A DNA stretch of 63,096 nucleotides, the filler included, from Reclinomonas americana ATCC 50394 (taxonomy: Eukaryota), in NCBI GenBank assembly GCA_048213135.1. It is 8 parts of 8 records of this genome, joined end to end, with 100 filler letters (N's around TTAATTAATTAA, not from the genome) between each part and the next. Parts side by side here need not be neighbours in the genome. Positions count along the whole stretch, not along the records: positions 27,929 to 56,726 come from AFZH01020656.1; 7 more parts are not named here. The stretch is one strand, 5' to 3'. Shown here piece after piece: positions 41,259 through 54,074 of the stretch. A model generated the notes under the pieces. That model was given only the letters and a program-made list of their open reading frames with translations. It searched no databases and had not been told where the DNA came from. A program made the translations under genes and the position numbers. Position 1 is the stretch's first letter, and every line of letters begins with the position of its first letter.

Positions 41259-43446
41259 TCACAGCGACGACGACGACGACGGCGACGACGGTGGCTGGGT
41301 TACGCTGCTGCTGCTGCCATGTAATCTCTCATTCTCGCGGCGCAGACGTTCGATTTCGCGCTGCAGCGTTCGAATCTTCTCCAACGACTGACCCAGACCC
41401 GTGGTCATCTGTGCCTTCAGCGAGGCCACTGTGTCGGACAGCACACGGTTGAAGTCGGCCTCCTTCTCGTCGTGCACACGACGGAGGGCGGATATCGACT
41501 GCTGGAATCGTTCCGTGTCTTGCGCCGCCTGCAGTTTGAAAGCAAATGTTGTGACGGATTGGTCGGGGCTGGCTGGCCGCTATTGTGCGCGCACACACTG
41601 ACCTGCTGGGCCATAATCTCACTGGAGAAGCGCAGTGCAGCGTTCTCTTCAGTCAGCCGTTCCACAGTTTCCTCCAGCGAAGCACAACTGTGCACGCAGA
41701 TGAAAAACAAGAAATGTGAATACCCCCTCGCACATGAATGTCATGCTGCAGACACAAACAGACCGCTGCTCCAGCGCCGGAAGCGACAGTGCATCACATC
41801 CCATGTCGACCGTGTGCGGCGACTCGCAGTGCGGATCACATGCAGCGTCGCGCATCGGTACAGAAGCCTGCAATGACGTGCGACGATGACTGCGACGACG
41901 CATTCGCTGCTCCTCGCGCTGCGCCTCCTCGGCTGCTTCCTCTCTCCGCTGGACAGCAGCCGCAGCTGCTGCTGCATCGCGCGTCTGAAATTCCTCTTCC
42001 ATGCTGTGCAGCTGTCGTCGAAGGGTGGCGGTGGGATTTTGGTCAACGAGAACTCTGTCTCGCATGTCACGCGCACCTTGTGCAACAGCGACAACTCAAT
42101 GGCGTGACTCTCCATGGTCAGCGCCTGTTCTGCCACTGCAGCTGGCGTCTCGTCGCACGCATCCAGCAGCTAGAGTCACGTGAACTGAGTTCAGAGGACT
42201 AGGAAAGGCAGGGCTTGTTGGGGACGCCACGAAACTGCGTTGTAAGTGCGAATGACAGTGCCCAGCAGCGGCATCGGGTGCATCAGGTCGCTGTCGGACT
42301 GTGCGCAACAATCAACGGGTCAGCGGGGTGGGAAAAACACCTCCGCGGTGACGAAATCTCTCACCACGCCAAACATGGCCAGCATGCTGCTCGCCGCCGT
42401 AGGTGGCGACTGTGTGGCCGCCTTGTGTTCTGGTGACACCCGGGCGGCCTTTTGCGGCGGCGGGGACACCTTGTGTACAAGAACAAGTGTCAACACACAC
42501 AGAGCACGGGTCGAGGGCGCAGATCGATCTCACCTGCTGAGCATCACTACCCGTCGCCATATCCTGCGCACCCACCCGCACGTCAATCAACAACAGTAGA
42601 CGCGGCCGCAGAGCAAAACACACACGCACACACACACCTGCATGCGCGGCGGGCTTCCCGCAGCAGCATCCTTCTCAACAACAACAAAAGAGACAACACG
42701 TCAGGAATCGTACTCACAGGCCGGCCACATGTCCACGAGTCTCACCTGCACTCGCGCCGGCGACACCATCGTTGCTGCGTCCTACACATCACCAAACACA
42801 GTTCAGTACCTACGCCTGTACTACACCACGCGACAGCGCCACTCACCGCCATGGTGGCGTCTTCGGCAGTCTACATTACAAGAGCATGAGTAGAATGCGA
42901 GCTCACACACACACACTGTGACATCCACGCAGCCGCACCTGTGGCTCATCGGCGGCCACCACAGGCACGCCTCTGTGTGAGCGATCGCGAGGAGGCGCCT
43001 GACGAGCAGCCGGCTGCCGATGTTTCGCGAGTAAACAACACAGACAAAGAAAGAGAAAGAGGAACAAGAGAACGCAACACGAGGCGCACGCTTGGCCATC
43101 GCCACCACACCACTCGTCTGCGCATGAACAACAACAGCGTCATGTAACGTTTTCCCCCATTTCGCGCGCTTTTTTTGTTGCTGACCTTGACTGTGTTCTT
43201 CACCGACACTGGCTGTTGTGGCTGTTGTGGCTGTTGTGGAGGAGGTTTCTTACTCTGCTGCAGACGCTGCTGTCGCCACTTCTCCAACTGCTGTCGCCGA
43301 GGATCACCCGCAGTCGCGTTGACACTGAGTGTGCCCAGTGGAGCGCGCGACGAGGAGGACGACAAAGGCGCGTGGTGCACGTCATCATCATCATCGCCAC
43401 CACCACCGCCACTCTCGCGGCGACGAGCAGCGGCGCGAGTCTCCAT
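41259..43446 (-). CDS. Coiled-coil protein, multi-exon
   Basis: METRAAARRR...RAPLGTLSVN...RRQQLEKWRQQR. The final exon is coiled-coil: SLEKIRTLQREIERLRRENERL. Confidence 0.6.
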
Positions 43447-43492
43447 TTGCGATGCAAAAGGCGCGTGTGACAGTCGTGAGTCATTGCCGGGA

Positions 43493-45991
43493 ATGGACTG
43501 GAACCCGGCATTGCGCTTCCTGTCAACACTCACAGTACATCGCACACACACGCAGAGACAGAGACATGGGCATTTCGGGCTCAAGTGGAAGGCAACTGGT
43601 GCTGGAGGTGCGGGCAATGCGTTTTCTCCACAGATGCACACTCGGGGGGTTTTTGTCCGACGCCACTCTCTCTCTTTCTCTCTCTCTCTGTATGTGTGTG
43701 TGCAGGTGGTGGAGCGCGACATTGAGGACACACACGAGGAGGTCATGGTGCTCACGTATGACACGGATATCCGTGAAGCACCGGGTGCGTGGCACATCAT
43801 TTTGTTGTTATGTATGTCTCTCTTTGTTTCCTCCTCACTCATTTTTCTGCAGCTCATTGGCGTGCTGCGCTTGGTGATCGTGCTCTGGAAGCGCTGCTTC
43901 AACGTTGCGTGACACAGAGACCTTTCATTCACTCTCATTGACATTGATTATTTTCTCCTGTCTCTCTCGCACACAGAACCCGCTCGTGGCGTTGCGTCTC
44001 TCAGTCTCACACACACACAGACACAGACACACACACTCATGTCTTCAATTATCGTCGTCGCACACAGATCCGCTGGTGTGATGTGAGAGAGGGTGAGCCA
44101 CTGGCTCCGCGTGTCAAGTTTGTGGTGCTGGTTTCGCTGCAGGAGGAAGGCCATGAGTCTGGAGAAGAGGTCAATTCACATCCCGGCTCCTCGCGCAGTG
44201 GTGGAACGACGATGACTGACTTTATTTGTGTGCTGGGGCGTGCAGGCCAAGGCGCGGATTTCGCGAGACTTGCGACAGGTGCACCATTTTGTGGCCAGCC
44301 AGCGTGTGCGGTCGCTGTCGTTGCCGCTCTTCGTGTACACTGTGTTGCCGCCGAGGGAGTTGTGTAGTGTGATGTGCTGGCATGTGTGGGGGAATTGCAG
44401 GCTGACGTGTGCACGCCGCAGAGTCGTCGAGGTGTTTGCGTCGGAATTTCATAGGGCATTCGAGTACATTGGCACCGGCGCCGCCGATGCGGCAACTCAA
44501 CTGACCCGTGTTGTGGTGTGCGTCAAAGGTGGCGGCAAAATACGGCAGGTGAGTGTTGGAAGCTGTCTCGGGAGAGCGAGTGCACTGCTATGTCGCTGAA
44601 TCTGCATTGCCTCGTCCAGCTGTTCAGCCAGTACATTGCGAGCATGTTCCCGCAAGAGGCCGCTCCTCCCGTGTGGGAGCTGTTCTTCTCCGATCGCCAG
44701 TGGTACTCGCTGAAGCAAGAGGTATCCGACTACATCGAGAGTGCGACTGGTGACCTTGTTCCGCTGCGCATCTGCCCGGCGCCCGACAATCACGAGTGTC
44801 TGCGCGTCCTTGTTTGCCGCTCGCGAGATGAGGTGTGCACACACGCACACGTATTCCGTGCACTCATCAGGTTGACTGACTGTATTCCCTCTCCTCCTTT
44901 GTGGTTGTATCGCAAGGTGGTGGACTTTACAGCCAATCAACGGTATGCGATCCGGCGACGCGAACCCGCGGTGCCGGTGCGATCACAATCTTCGCCTCCG
45001 ACTTCGTCTTCGACACCAGCTGCCGTGGCAGGATCTCAATCGGCGGCACCACCGAATCCTCCCGCGGCAGCAGCAGCACTGACATATGTATCGTCCCCCT
45101 CGCCACAGTCACCGCCACGGCCAGCACCTGCAGCCGCCGCCGCCGCCGCAGCAGCAGCAGCAGCTCCGCCTCCTGCGTCCCCTGCGCAACAAGCGCCTGC
45201 ATCGCAAGCAATGTTCGATACTGTACCAGAGGTGAACGTCTGTAGGCTTTTCTGGTAATGCGCACGTGAAGCTCTAACAACCTGTCTGTTGTTGCGATGA
45301 CAGGTGTTTTCGCGGCACAGTGCGGCGGAGCTGCATCCAGTGCACCTGACGTGGATGAAACCTGGAGGTGCTTTTGTCAAGGGCGTCTTTGTGCGCGGTT
45401 CTTGGGATAGGTATCAGCAGGCGCTTCGTCTTCGTGCCGTGGGGCACGATCGCTACGAGGTGACACTTCGAGTGCCGGCTGGGTTCTACTTCTACAAGGT
45501 CAGAACACACAATGTGTACTGTGCTCTTGAAGCCACGCTAACGGAAGTCTGGTGCAGTTCACGGATGACCAGTCTGCCACGCTGGCGAGCGAGCGTATCA
45601 AAGTGGTCAAGGAGCAAGGGACCCTGCTTCCCTTCCACCCACTGCATGTGCCTGTGACGTTCAGTGTGGCTCGACAGCACGAGCGACAGCACACCGTGCT
45701 GGAGTTCTCAGCCTCTAATGGTTACTTTCTGTGCGCATTCTTTCCGAAGACCGATGAAGGCGAGGCACTGGCGCGAGCTATCCAGGAGAAGAGCAGGTTG
45801 CGAGCGTGTTTTTCGTCTTTTTCTTTCTTACCGAGTGTTGAGCAGACTTGTCCATGCACAGCCAAGTACCACCCGATCCTGTCGTCTTCTTCACTGGCCG
45901 TTGGCATGGAATCGAACTGAAGACGGAACCATCGCAACTACCGGACCCACAGTGGTGCGCGGCAGCACTGGACCGAGTGTCGGCGCTTTAA
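43493..45991 (+). CDS. Protein with a C-terminal CBM48/AMPK-beta-type glycogen-binding module
   Basis: HPVHLTWMKPGGAFVKGVFVRGSWDRYQQALRL...YEVTLRVPAGFYFYK|F matches the CBM48 pattern. It is preceded by a Pro/Ala linker. The start is tentative. Confidence 0.6.
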
Positions 45992-46428
45992 ATGCTGTAG
46001 TCACGGAGGGAACTTTGATGCTACCAAGTAAAGGTGCTTCCGACGTTCTAGTAACATGCGCGTTCTCCTCTAGCAGACGCGCTATCAGGTGGGAAGCATG
46101 TGCTGGGAGAAGACGGATCACTGCAATGCATCCCATCACGCCGACCCATCACCTGCGCTGCCTTCCCATCAACCTCACCGCAACGACGCAAACCAAGTGC
46201 AGCAACACAAGAGACGAGCCATGTTCGATCCAAACAGTTTACGAGTGCTTGCGACCGATACCACTGCCACAACGCGACGCCAAACCACCACCAATCCTCT
46301 TCCACAAGCCCCCCAGTTCGACTGGAAAGAGAGGGGCATGGAAGAGCAGCAGCAGCAGACAACCACGTTGTGAACCAGAGCACCGGCAACACGCACGCCG
46401 CGCACACCACAGGCGATGCTCAAATTTT

Positions 46429-47131
46429 TTACACGTCCTGCATGATCTTGCGCTCAATGCACAGGCGGTTCACGGCGTTGTCGGATTGGCCCTACAAGTG
46501 CAAGGACAACGACGAAGCGGATGAGTAACACAGGGGCATTGATACGAGAGAGAAAGGCACAGACAAACCTTGGCGCGGATGAAGCCGCAGAGTGCGATCG
46601 TGTCGCTTGAGCCAGTGTACACACCATCGGCGTTGATCTGGCCAATGTTGAACTGCACCGACGCGTGATCCGTCGCAGTGATCAGGCGGTTCGTTGCCGA
46701 GCTGCGTGACAAAGGAGAGAGGAGAGAGAGAAGAGGAGGGGACGATGAGTTGCCATGTCGTGCGCTCCTCCTTCCCACTCTCACACGCCTCTCAATCTCT
46801 CTTTCTCTCTCTCACACACACACACTCACGATGAGCACTGTCGCATGCACACACAAAGACGGAGAGCTTGTGGCATGCGAGTGCCGACTGACACTATAAA
46901 CAGCCTTCTCTTCCACTCCTCTCGTCTCTTTGTTGATCGACACATCGACACATGGTTGCACGTAAGCGACTGCGTGCTCCGTGCGTGCTGCAGGGGGGCC
47001 AGTCCTCCGCCATGACATGCACATGACATGCACCCCACCCTCTCTCTCACCCCCCTCCTCTCTGCGCCCTCGGATACTCACCACTTGCGGGGAATGTACA
47101 GATCGACCTTCTTGCCCTCGTCGTTGATCAT
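46429..47131 (-). CDS. RPS21: 40S ribosomal protein eS21 (3 exons)
   Basis: [37 protein letters not shown]...[19 protein letters not shown]... Confidence 0.97.
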
Positions 47132-47571
47132 GATGAACTGTGTGTGTGGATGTGCACTCGTGTGGGATCGAGTTGATTGTGTGTGTGATGGGACAGTCGA
47201 TTGCAATTGTCACTGCGAGCACGCGATCACTTTTGCACGGCAGGCACACACAACGCAATGGTAAATCCCTCATCAGCAGAACGAGAAGCGGGTTCCACAC
47301 ACGAGGGAGAGAGAGCGAGTCACACACAAGGGGAGGGAGAGAGAGATGCGCGTGTGTGTGCGCGTGGGGAAGTTTGTGGCGCGTGAGTACGATGCGCATG
47401 TGCATGGCGCTGACATGCGCCCCCTTGTTCCCTTCCGCCTCCTCTCTTTGCGCGTGCGCTGCATGGTGCATGTGGTGTGGTGCTGTGTGCGCGACAGATC
47501 AGCGAAGAGAGACGCGTGAGAGTTGATGAGGGGGAGAAGTGTGTGTGTGCAGAAGTAGTGTGTGACTGGCC

Positions 47572-48497
47572 ATGGTCGGTCACCTCTTTGTGTGAGTGAC
47601 AGCACGTCAGGAGTATGCACGCATCACTGTGTGAGCGAGGGGGCTGTGATTATTCACGTGTCATGACGGGTGTGGTGTTGACTCGCTCGTTGCTTCCATC
47701 CAGGCGGAGAAGAAGAGCAAGTCAGAGAACCCGATGCGCGAGCTCCAGGTGGGCAAGCTCGTGCTCAACATCTCGGTCGGCGAGTCGGGCGATCCGCTCA
47801 CCAAGGCGGCCAAGGTGCTCGAGCAGCTGAGCGGCCAGGAGCCCGTCCTGTCCAAGGGTCCGTTTTTTGTCAGTCTGCATGCATGCCATCCTCCTCCTTC
47901 TCGTGTCATGACACTCTTTCCTCCCCTCCCCACAGCTCGCCTCACCATTCGCCAGTTCGGTGTGCGCCGTAACGAAAAGATTGCGTGCCACGTGACTGTG
48001 CGCGGTGAGAAGGCCAAGGAGCTCCTGCAGCGCGGCCTCCGCGTCAAGGAGTTCGAGCTCAAGAAGGAGAACTTCTCAGCCACTGGCAACTTTGGCTTTG
48101 GTGCGTGCGCCCACATGCACGCACACAACAGTGCTGGATAGCAGGGGGCTGACTCGTGCGCGCGCGTTTGTGCAGGCATTGATGAGCACATTGATCTCGG
48201 CATCAAGTACGACCCGTCGACTGGTATCTACGGCATGGACTTCTACGTGGTGATGGAGCGCCCTGGTTTCCGCGTGGCGCGCCGCAGGCGCGCGAACTCG
48301 CGCATTGGCACCAGCCACCGCATCACGCCACAGGAGACGATGGAGTGGTTCAAGAAGGTGTGTGTGTGTTCTTTTTTTGGCATCATCATCACGAAAGCAG
48401 CAGGGGATAGCAGGGAGAGGCGAGAATGGTTGGTTGGCAGTGGCTCACGCGAGTGATTTTTTTGTGCATGCAGACCTACACTGGCTTCCTCGTCTAA
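47572..48497 (+). CDS. RPL11: 60S ribosomal protein uL5 (first coding exon is ATG only; 4 introns)
   Basis: [37 protein letters not shown]...[17 protein letters not shown]...[26 protein letters not shown]. Confidence 0.97.
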
Positions 48498-48719
48498 ACT
48501 ATGGCTCGCTGCTTGGAACGCTTCCAGTGACTCCCTGTTCACCACTCTCCCGCCACTCCGATCCAGCCATTGCTTGTCGTATTATCTCTGCCGCAGAGGG
48601 GGTCCCTTTGAAGCACCGTAAAACACACAAACAACAGAAAAACAATAGTCACGGGGGAGGGGGAGGGGGAGGGTAGGAACCATTCCATCATTCGTGGGTC
48701 GGAAGATCAATTCACGCAA

Positions 48720-50410
48720 ATGAGGTGGTTGTCGAGCCAAGCCACTCGGGCTCCTGCCGCGTTTTTCGATGTGTGCATTGCCGGTGGCGGGTTGGCCGGC
48801 TGTGCATTCGCCGTGGCTCTTCGTTGCGCGTTCTGTCTCTCCCACTCTCTCACTCCTCCTCCTTGCACAATCTCAAGTTTAGATGATTCGCAGAGGCGCA
48901 TCCCATGACACGGCATCTGCGCGTGGCCATCGTGGATCCCGCTCCCTCATCACCTCCGCCCACCAGCACCGCAGACAGCAGCACACGAGTGCATTCGATT
49001 CGCACCAGTGCACTCACTCCATCGTCGAGACGATTCTTTGAGCGTTGCGTTGTCCACACACCAGTCTCTCTCTCAGTCTCACGTTCTCTCTCACATGCAT
49101 GTGGCCCGGGGAGCAGAGAGTGGTGTGTGGCCACGCATGGAGGAGCTCGGTGCCTCGCCATTCCATCACATGCGCGTGTGGGACGAGGTCGGTGGCGGCA
49201 CAATTGGTTTCGACAACTCCAAGTCGCCGCTGGCACACATGGCGGAGAATGACCGCCTGCAGGAGGCGCTGAATGAGCGACTGGGCGACGACGCGGTGAC
49301 GTGGTTCCGCGGGCTCGGAGTGAAGAATGTGAGCGGAGTGTTTCAGCATGCCAGTCCGGCGGCCACTGTGCACTTGACGAACGGGACCACCATTGATGCC
49401 TCCTTGCTGGTGTGCGCTTGCCATGATGATAGTGATGTAGCTGGTTTGCTGATGGGTGGGGCATGCAGGTGGCCGCCGACGGTGCTGCGTCGCGAGTGCG
49501 GCAGTGTGTCGGCATTGCGTCCACGTCGCGGGCGTATGGGCAAAAGGCGGCGGTGGCGAGTGTGGTGCATGAGCCGGTGGCGCAGCGTACTGCGTATCAG
49601 CGATTCCTCACCACCGGTCCACTGGCGTTGCTGCCGCTCACCGACACCGTGAGCAATGTGGTGTGGTCGACGACGGTGGACGAGGCCGACGAGCTGGTGG
49701 CGTGTGCGCCCGAGGAATTCGTGCGCCGCGTGAACGATGCCTTCACGCGGCCCACCGCCGCACCACCAGTGTCGGGTGTGTCGGCTGTGCTGTCGGCCAT
49801 CTTCCCTCGACCCGAAATGATTGCCGGCGCTCCGTTGCCGCGACCACCACAAATATTGCAGTTGGAGCACCCGCAGCGTGGCGCGTTCCCACTGCAGCTG
49901 ATGCACGCACAGCGATATGTCACTCATCGGTGTGCGCTGATTGGGTGAGTTGTTGGTGACTCGGGGGGAAGAGTGCATGCCCGTGTTGTGACTCTTGCGC
50001 ACTGGTGCACAGCGATGCATGCCACGTGGTGCACCCGTTGGCCGGCCAGGGCCTCAATCTCGGCCTCGGCGATGCCGAATCGTTGGCCCGCGTAATCGCA
50101 CGCACGGTGGAGACCGGTGGCGACATTGGTGCAGTGACGGCGTTGGAGGACTACGAAAGCGATCGGCGACCCACCAACAGCATGATGACCCTCGGCATGC
50201 ACCTTATCAAGGGCACCTTTGAGACGAATCAACCGGCGCCGTTCGCCATGGCTCGCAGCCTCGGCATGTCGCTGCTGAACAATCTCGATTTCGCCAAGGT
50301 ATACTTGTTGTCGAGATTGTGTGTGGGGGGACGCGATTGGTGACTCTCATCTGGGTGCGCAGCGTCTGATCATGCAACAAGCGTCGGGCGAGAGCGCGCT
50401 GCGAAGATGA
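48720..50410 (+). CDS. COQ6: Ubiquinone biosynthesis FAD monooxygenase (UbiH/COQ6 family)
   Basis: DVCIAGGGLAG, VAADGAASRVR, AYQRFLTTGPLALLPL, FPLQLMHAQRYV, DACHVVHPLAGQGLNLGLGD; short mitochondrial-like presequence. Confidence 0.9.
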
Positions 50411-50585
50411 TGAACGGTGCACAATAATAGAACACCAGAAGCTCAACGGCGCCAGGGGGCAAGGGGGAGAAGGGATTGCACATTCGTTGCAAGTTTGACC
50501 TCTCTCGACACTCGAACTATTCTTGTCCAATATCCGTGCATGACAGCTTTCAATTTTCTGTTATACGTGAGAGAGAGAGAGAAAC

Positions 50586-53018
50586 ATGAGCGCAGCCGAC
50601 GACGCCGCACTTGACAAGGTGACACCAACAACAAAAACGCACTTCCGAACTCACTCACTCACTCTCTGCCATGCAGTATCTGGGCCAAGCAGTGCCCGAG
50701 CAGGCCTTTGAGGTTGCACCAAAGGAGGGTACGTGCATTCACAGCAACAGCGCACTCCACACTGCTCGCAACTCACGCACACGCGCGCGCAGACTGCCCA
50801 CACGTGTTTGATCACGTGGTGTACCCTGCGCGAGAGCGTTACGAGGAGGTCTTTGATGGTTTGTGAGCCTCTGTACATGTGCGTGTGTGACAAGGCACAG
50901 TTGTCTCAGTGCTGATCGCTCCTCTCATTCAGTGCATCGACCATGCGGCACGTGCGGTCACGTGGGCGAGAACTGGTGATCATGAGTCGACATGCGATGC
51001 GATGATCTTGCTTGCTTGCGCGACTGGCACTCACGCGGCAGTGTGTGCAGGTTGAACTTGCAGTCGCACGCAGTGCAGTGCTCTCGGTTACGTGCTTCCC
51101 TTCACGCGCGGACAGTGGATCGCTTGGCACTCACGTACACAGTGTTCTGTTGTTCGTGACAGGTACATTCAGGGTCACATGGTGGACCACTATGCGGCCA
51201 CGCGTGGCGAGTCGGGCGAGACCAACTGCATCGCCTGCAGCTTCACGGATCTCAGTGTCGTTGCGTGCCTGCTGCTGTTGCTGCGTGTTTGGTTCCGATT
51301 TTTCCGACGCACTCACTCCATTCTCGTGTACTGCAGTGGTGCTACAAGGTTCCTGCTTTTGATGCTTGTCACTCACACACACCACACTTGCCTTTCGCTC
51401 GTTGTCTCACTCGTCGCTGCATCGCCCTTGGCAGTGTGATTCGTACATCAAGCATCCGCGCCTGACTGCGGCTCTGTCGCAACTGCACTTGTCCAAGTTT
51501 GGGCACTTGCCTGCGGGAGGTTCGAGTGATCCTGATGAGAGCTGAAACGTGCGGCTGTGGCCATCAATGTACCAACCTCTTCGTTTTGCCATCTGTTTCT
51601 TTTTTCCTTCCTTGTTTTTTTCGTGTTGGCAGTGGCCGCGGTGGAGGACGTGGACGACGCAGAGGAGGGTGGACCGCCGCCGACCGTCGAGCAGGTTGCC
51701 GAGGGCATCAAGCGAGGCGATTGTTGCGTGCGTGTACGTGGTGCGCAGTTGCGCCTTGTGCTGACTTCGCCGTCTGCAGATCGGCGCATCGTGGTGTTGA
51801 CTGGTGCCGGCATCAGCACGGCGGCTGGCATTCCCGACTTCCGCACACCCGGCACGGGCCTGTACGACAACCTCGCGCAGTACGATTTGCCGCGTCCGAC
51901 GGCCGTCTTTGAGTTGGAGTTGCGCACCAGTCCGCGTATGCTCTATGCCTACATCGCAGCTGATCGTCTCTGTCAGGTTCTTCCTGGCCAACCCACGACC
52001 ATTCTACAAGCTCGCCAAGAGTCTGTTCCCGGGCGAATACAAGGTGTGCAGTGGAGCTCTCGCGTCATATAGACTGCTTGCTCGCGAGCTCGGGCTGACT
52101 CCGTGGTGCTTGTTGTAGCCGACTCGTGCACACTGCTTCATCCGGTTGCTGAATGATCGCGGCCTCCTCTCCCGCAACTACACTCAGTTCCGTGCACCGG
52201 TGGCATGAATATCGATCGCAGAGCGACAACTGACAATGCGTGCGCGCGTGTGCAGGAACATTGACTGCCTGGAGCGGTCGGCCGGTGTGCCTCCCAACCG
52301 CGTGGTCGAGTGCCACGGCTCCTTCGCGTCGGCCTCGTGCACCCGATGCCGCAAGGAATACCCGCCAGCGGTCGTCAAGGGTACGCGTTCTCCCGTGTGG
52401 CGTGAGTACTGGTTGTCGACGCTCACCGACCATCTCGTGCAGCGGCCATTACTGCCGAGGAGATTTTGCACTGCTCCGAGTGCGAGGGTCTGGTGAAGCC
52501 CGACATTGTGTTTTTCGGCGAGTCACTGCCGGAGCGCTTCGAGCAGGCGCGGCTCGACTTGCCGCAGGCAGACCTGTTGATCGTCATGTTCGTCACTATC
52601 GTTCTCTCTCTCTTTCATCGTCATCGCTGCGTACGCTCACAGTCGCACCTGTGACAGGGGCACTTCGCTGCGCGTGGCGCCCGTCTCGCACCTGCCGTCG
52701 CTGGTCGGCCGCCGCGTGCACCGCTTGTTCCTCAACCGTGAGCCACTGGCAGGTAACGTGGCGCTCCACTCAGCACCCTTGCCTCTCATCGCCGTCATCC
52801 TTACCGCCCTTTCTTCTCTCTTTTTGCCGTCAACAGCTCGGTTCCAGCGTGATGCCGCTAACAGCACCGATGTGGAGATGCTGGGCGACATTGAGGATTC
52901 AGTGACGCAGCTGGCCGATCTGCTGGGGTGGCGCGAGGACCTGGACGCGGTGCATGCCGGCCTGCACGCTGCTGCAGGCGACGAGGCGGCGGGTGCCAGT
53001 GGCAGCGGTTCCGACTGA
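50586..53018 (+). CDS. zf-UBP (BUZ) domain fused to a class I sirtuin (SIRT2/3-like)
   Basis: DCPH...[11 protein letters not shown]...[12 protein letters not shown]...SFTDLSVWCYKCDSYI...HLSKFG, then [49 protein letters not shown]. Confidence 0.88.
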
Positions 53019-53294
53019 CGGAAAAACAAGGGAAGACGCAACTGCAGTGCAATCATGAATCATACATTGAAGCCACTGAGCTGGTGATAATGACACTGGC
53101 AGGCGGTCCGTGACAGTCGATTGGTATCGTTCAGGGCCGAGACAGGCGGTCAAGTGTGTGTGCCAGGCACACACTCGACACAAAAAAAAGAGAGGTTTCG
53201 CACTGTCGCCCGTCATCCGATCACAGACCGCACCGCCATTCGTCGTCGCCGGCTCATCGGCACCACCTCCCACGCACACCCACACGCAGGCCTG

Positions 53295-54003
53295 TTACTT
53301 GCCCACTTGCGCCACCACCAGATCCACCACCTCGGAGGGCGACTCGGGGAACTTGAGCTTGCGCGGTGGTCCCTTCTTGACACCACTCCACACCAACGAA
53401 TCGTTGACTGCAGGGCGCAGCAACGAAGAGTAAGGCGAACAGCGAAGAACAATAGCTGCAGAAGGGTAAAGGGAGGCGTACCGGTCACCTCAAAGCTGCC
53501 TCGCCTGCAGAGAAAAGGAGTCAGTCGATGATAATCATGAATGCATGCATGCACGTAATGCATATGATCGCTCTCTCGTCTCACCGCGGCTTGTCAGTGT
53601 TCAACGCGACCGTGAGGTCCGGGAAGCGGTCCTGCAACGCCGCCACGACGGCGTTTGCATGCCGCTTGTACACGGATCAGCTCTTGCTGTGGTAATGCAC
53701 GTCAGCGCCTGACACACTCTACAGAGGAGAGAGAGAGAGATCGCACCAAAACTCAATGGCCACACGCATGCCCGACGCTCCTGCCGTCGACGACGAAGCG
53801 GCGGGTGTAGTCGCAGTCGCAGTCTCCTCCTTGGCGGTGGCGGCCTTGGGGGCGCGCTTGCCTCGCTTGGTGGGCGGAGCTCCCTCGGCCTCTGCCGACT
53901 CTGCTTTCACGTCCTGCTCCTCCTCTGCATCCTCTGCCACCTCTTCCTTCTTCACCGCGGGCGCCTCGGAGGCGGCGATCTTCGACGCACTTCGCTTGCG
54001 CAT
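53295..54003 (-). CDS. SELENOH: Selenoprotein H-like (Rdx family) with in-frame UGA at 53679-53677
   Basis: Spliced ...RVAIEF-C-K-S-U-SVYKRHA...NTDKPRRGSFEVTVNDSLVWSGVKKGPPRKLKFPE...; basic N-terminal extension. Confidence 0.92.
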
Positions 54004-54074
54004 GGGAGGAGAAAATGCAAACACGAAAACTCCGACCGGAGAGTTCGCTGAAAAAACCTCCGCCTGCGCTGCTT

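Noticed and set aside
51543..51545. TGA readthrough linking zf-UBP to the sirtuin
   Set aside because: The downstream donor (aac|gtgcgg) gives the wrong phase; the intron starting at 51520 explains the fusion.
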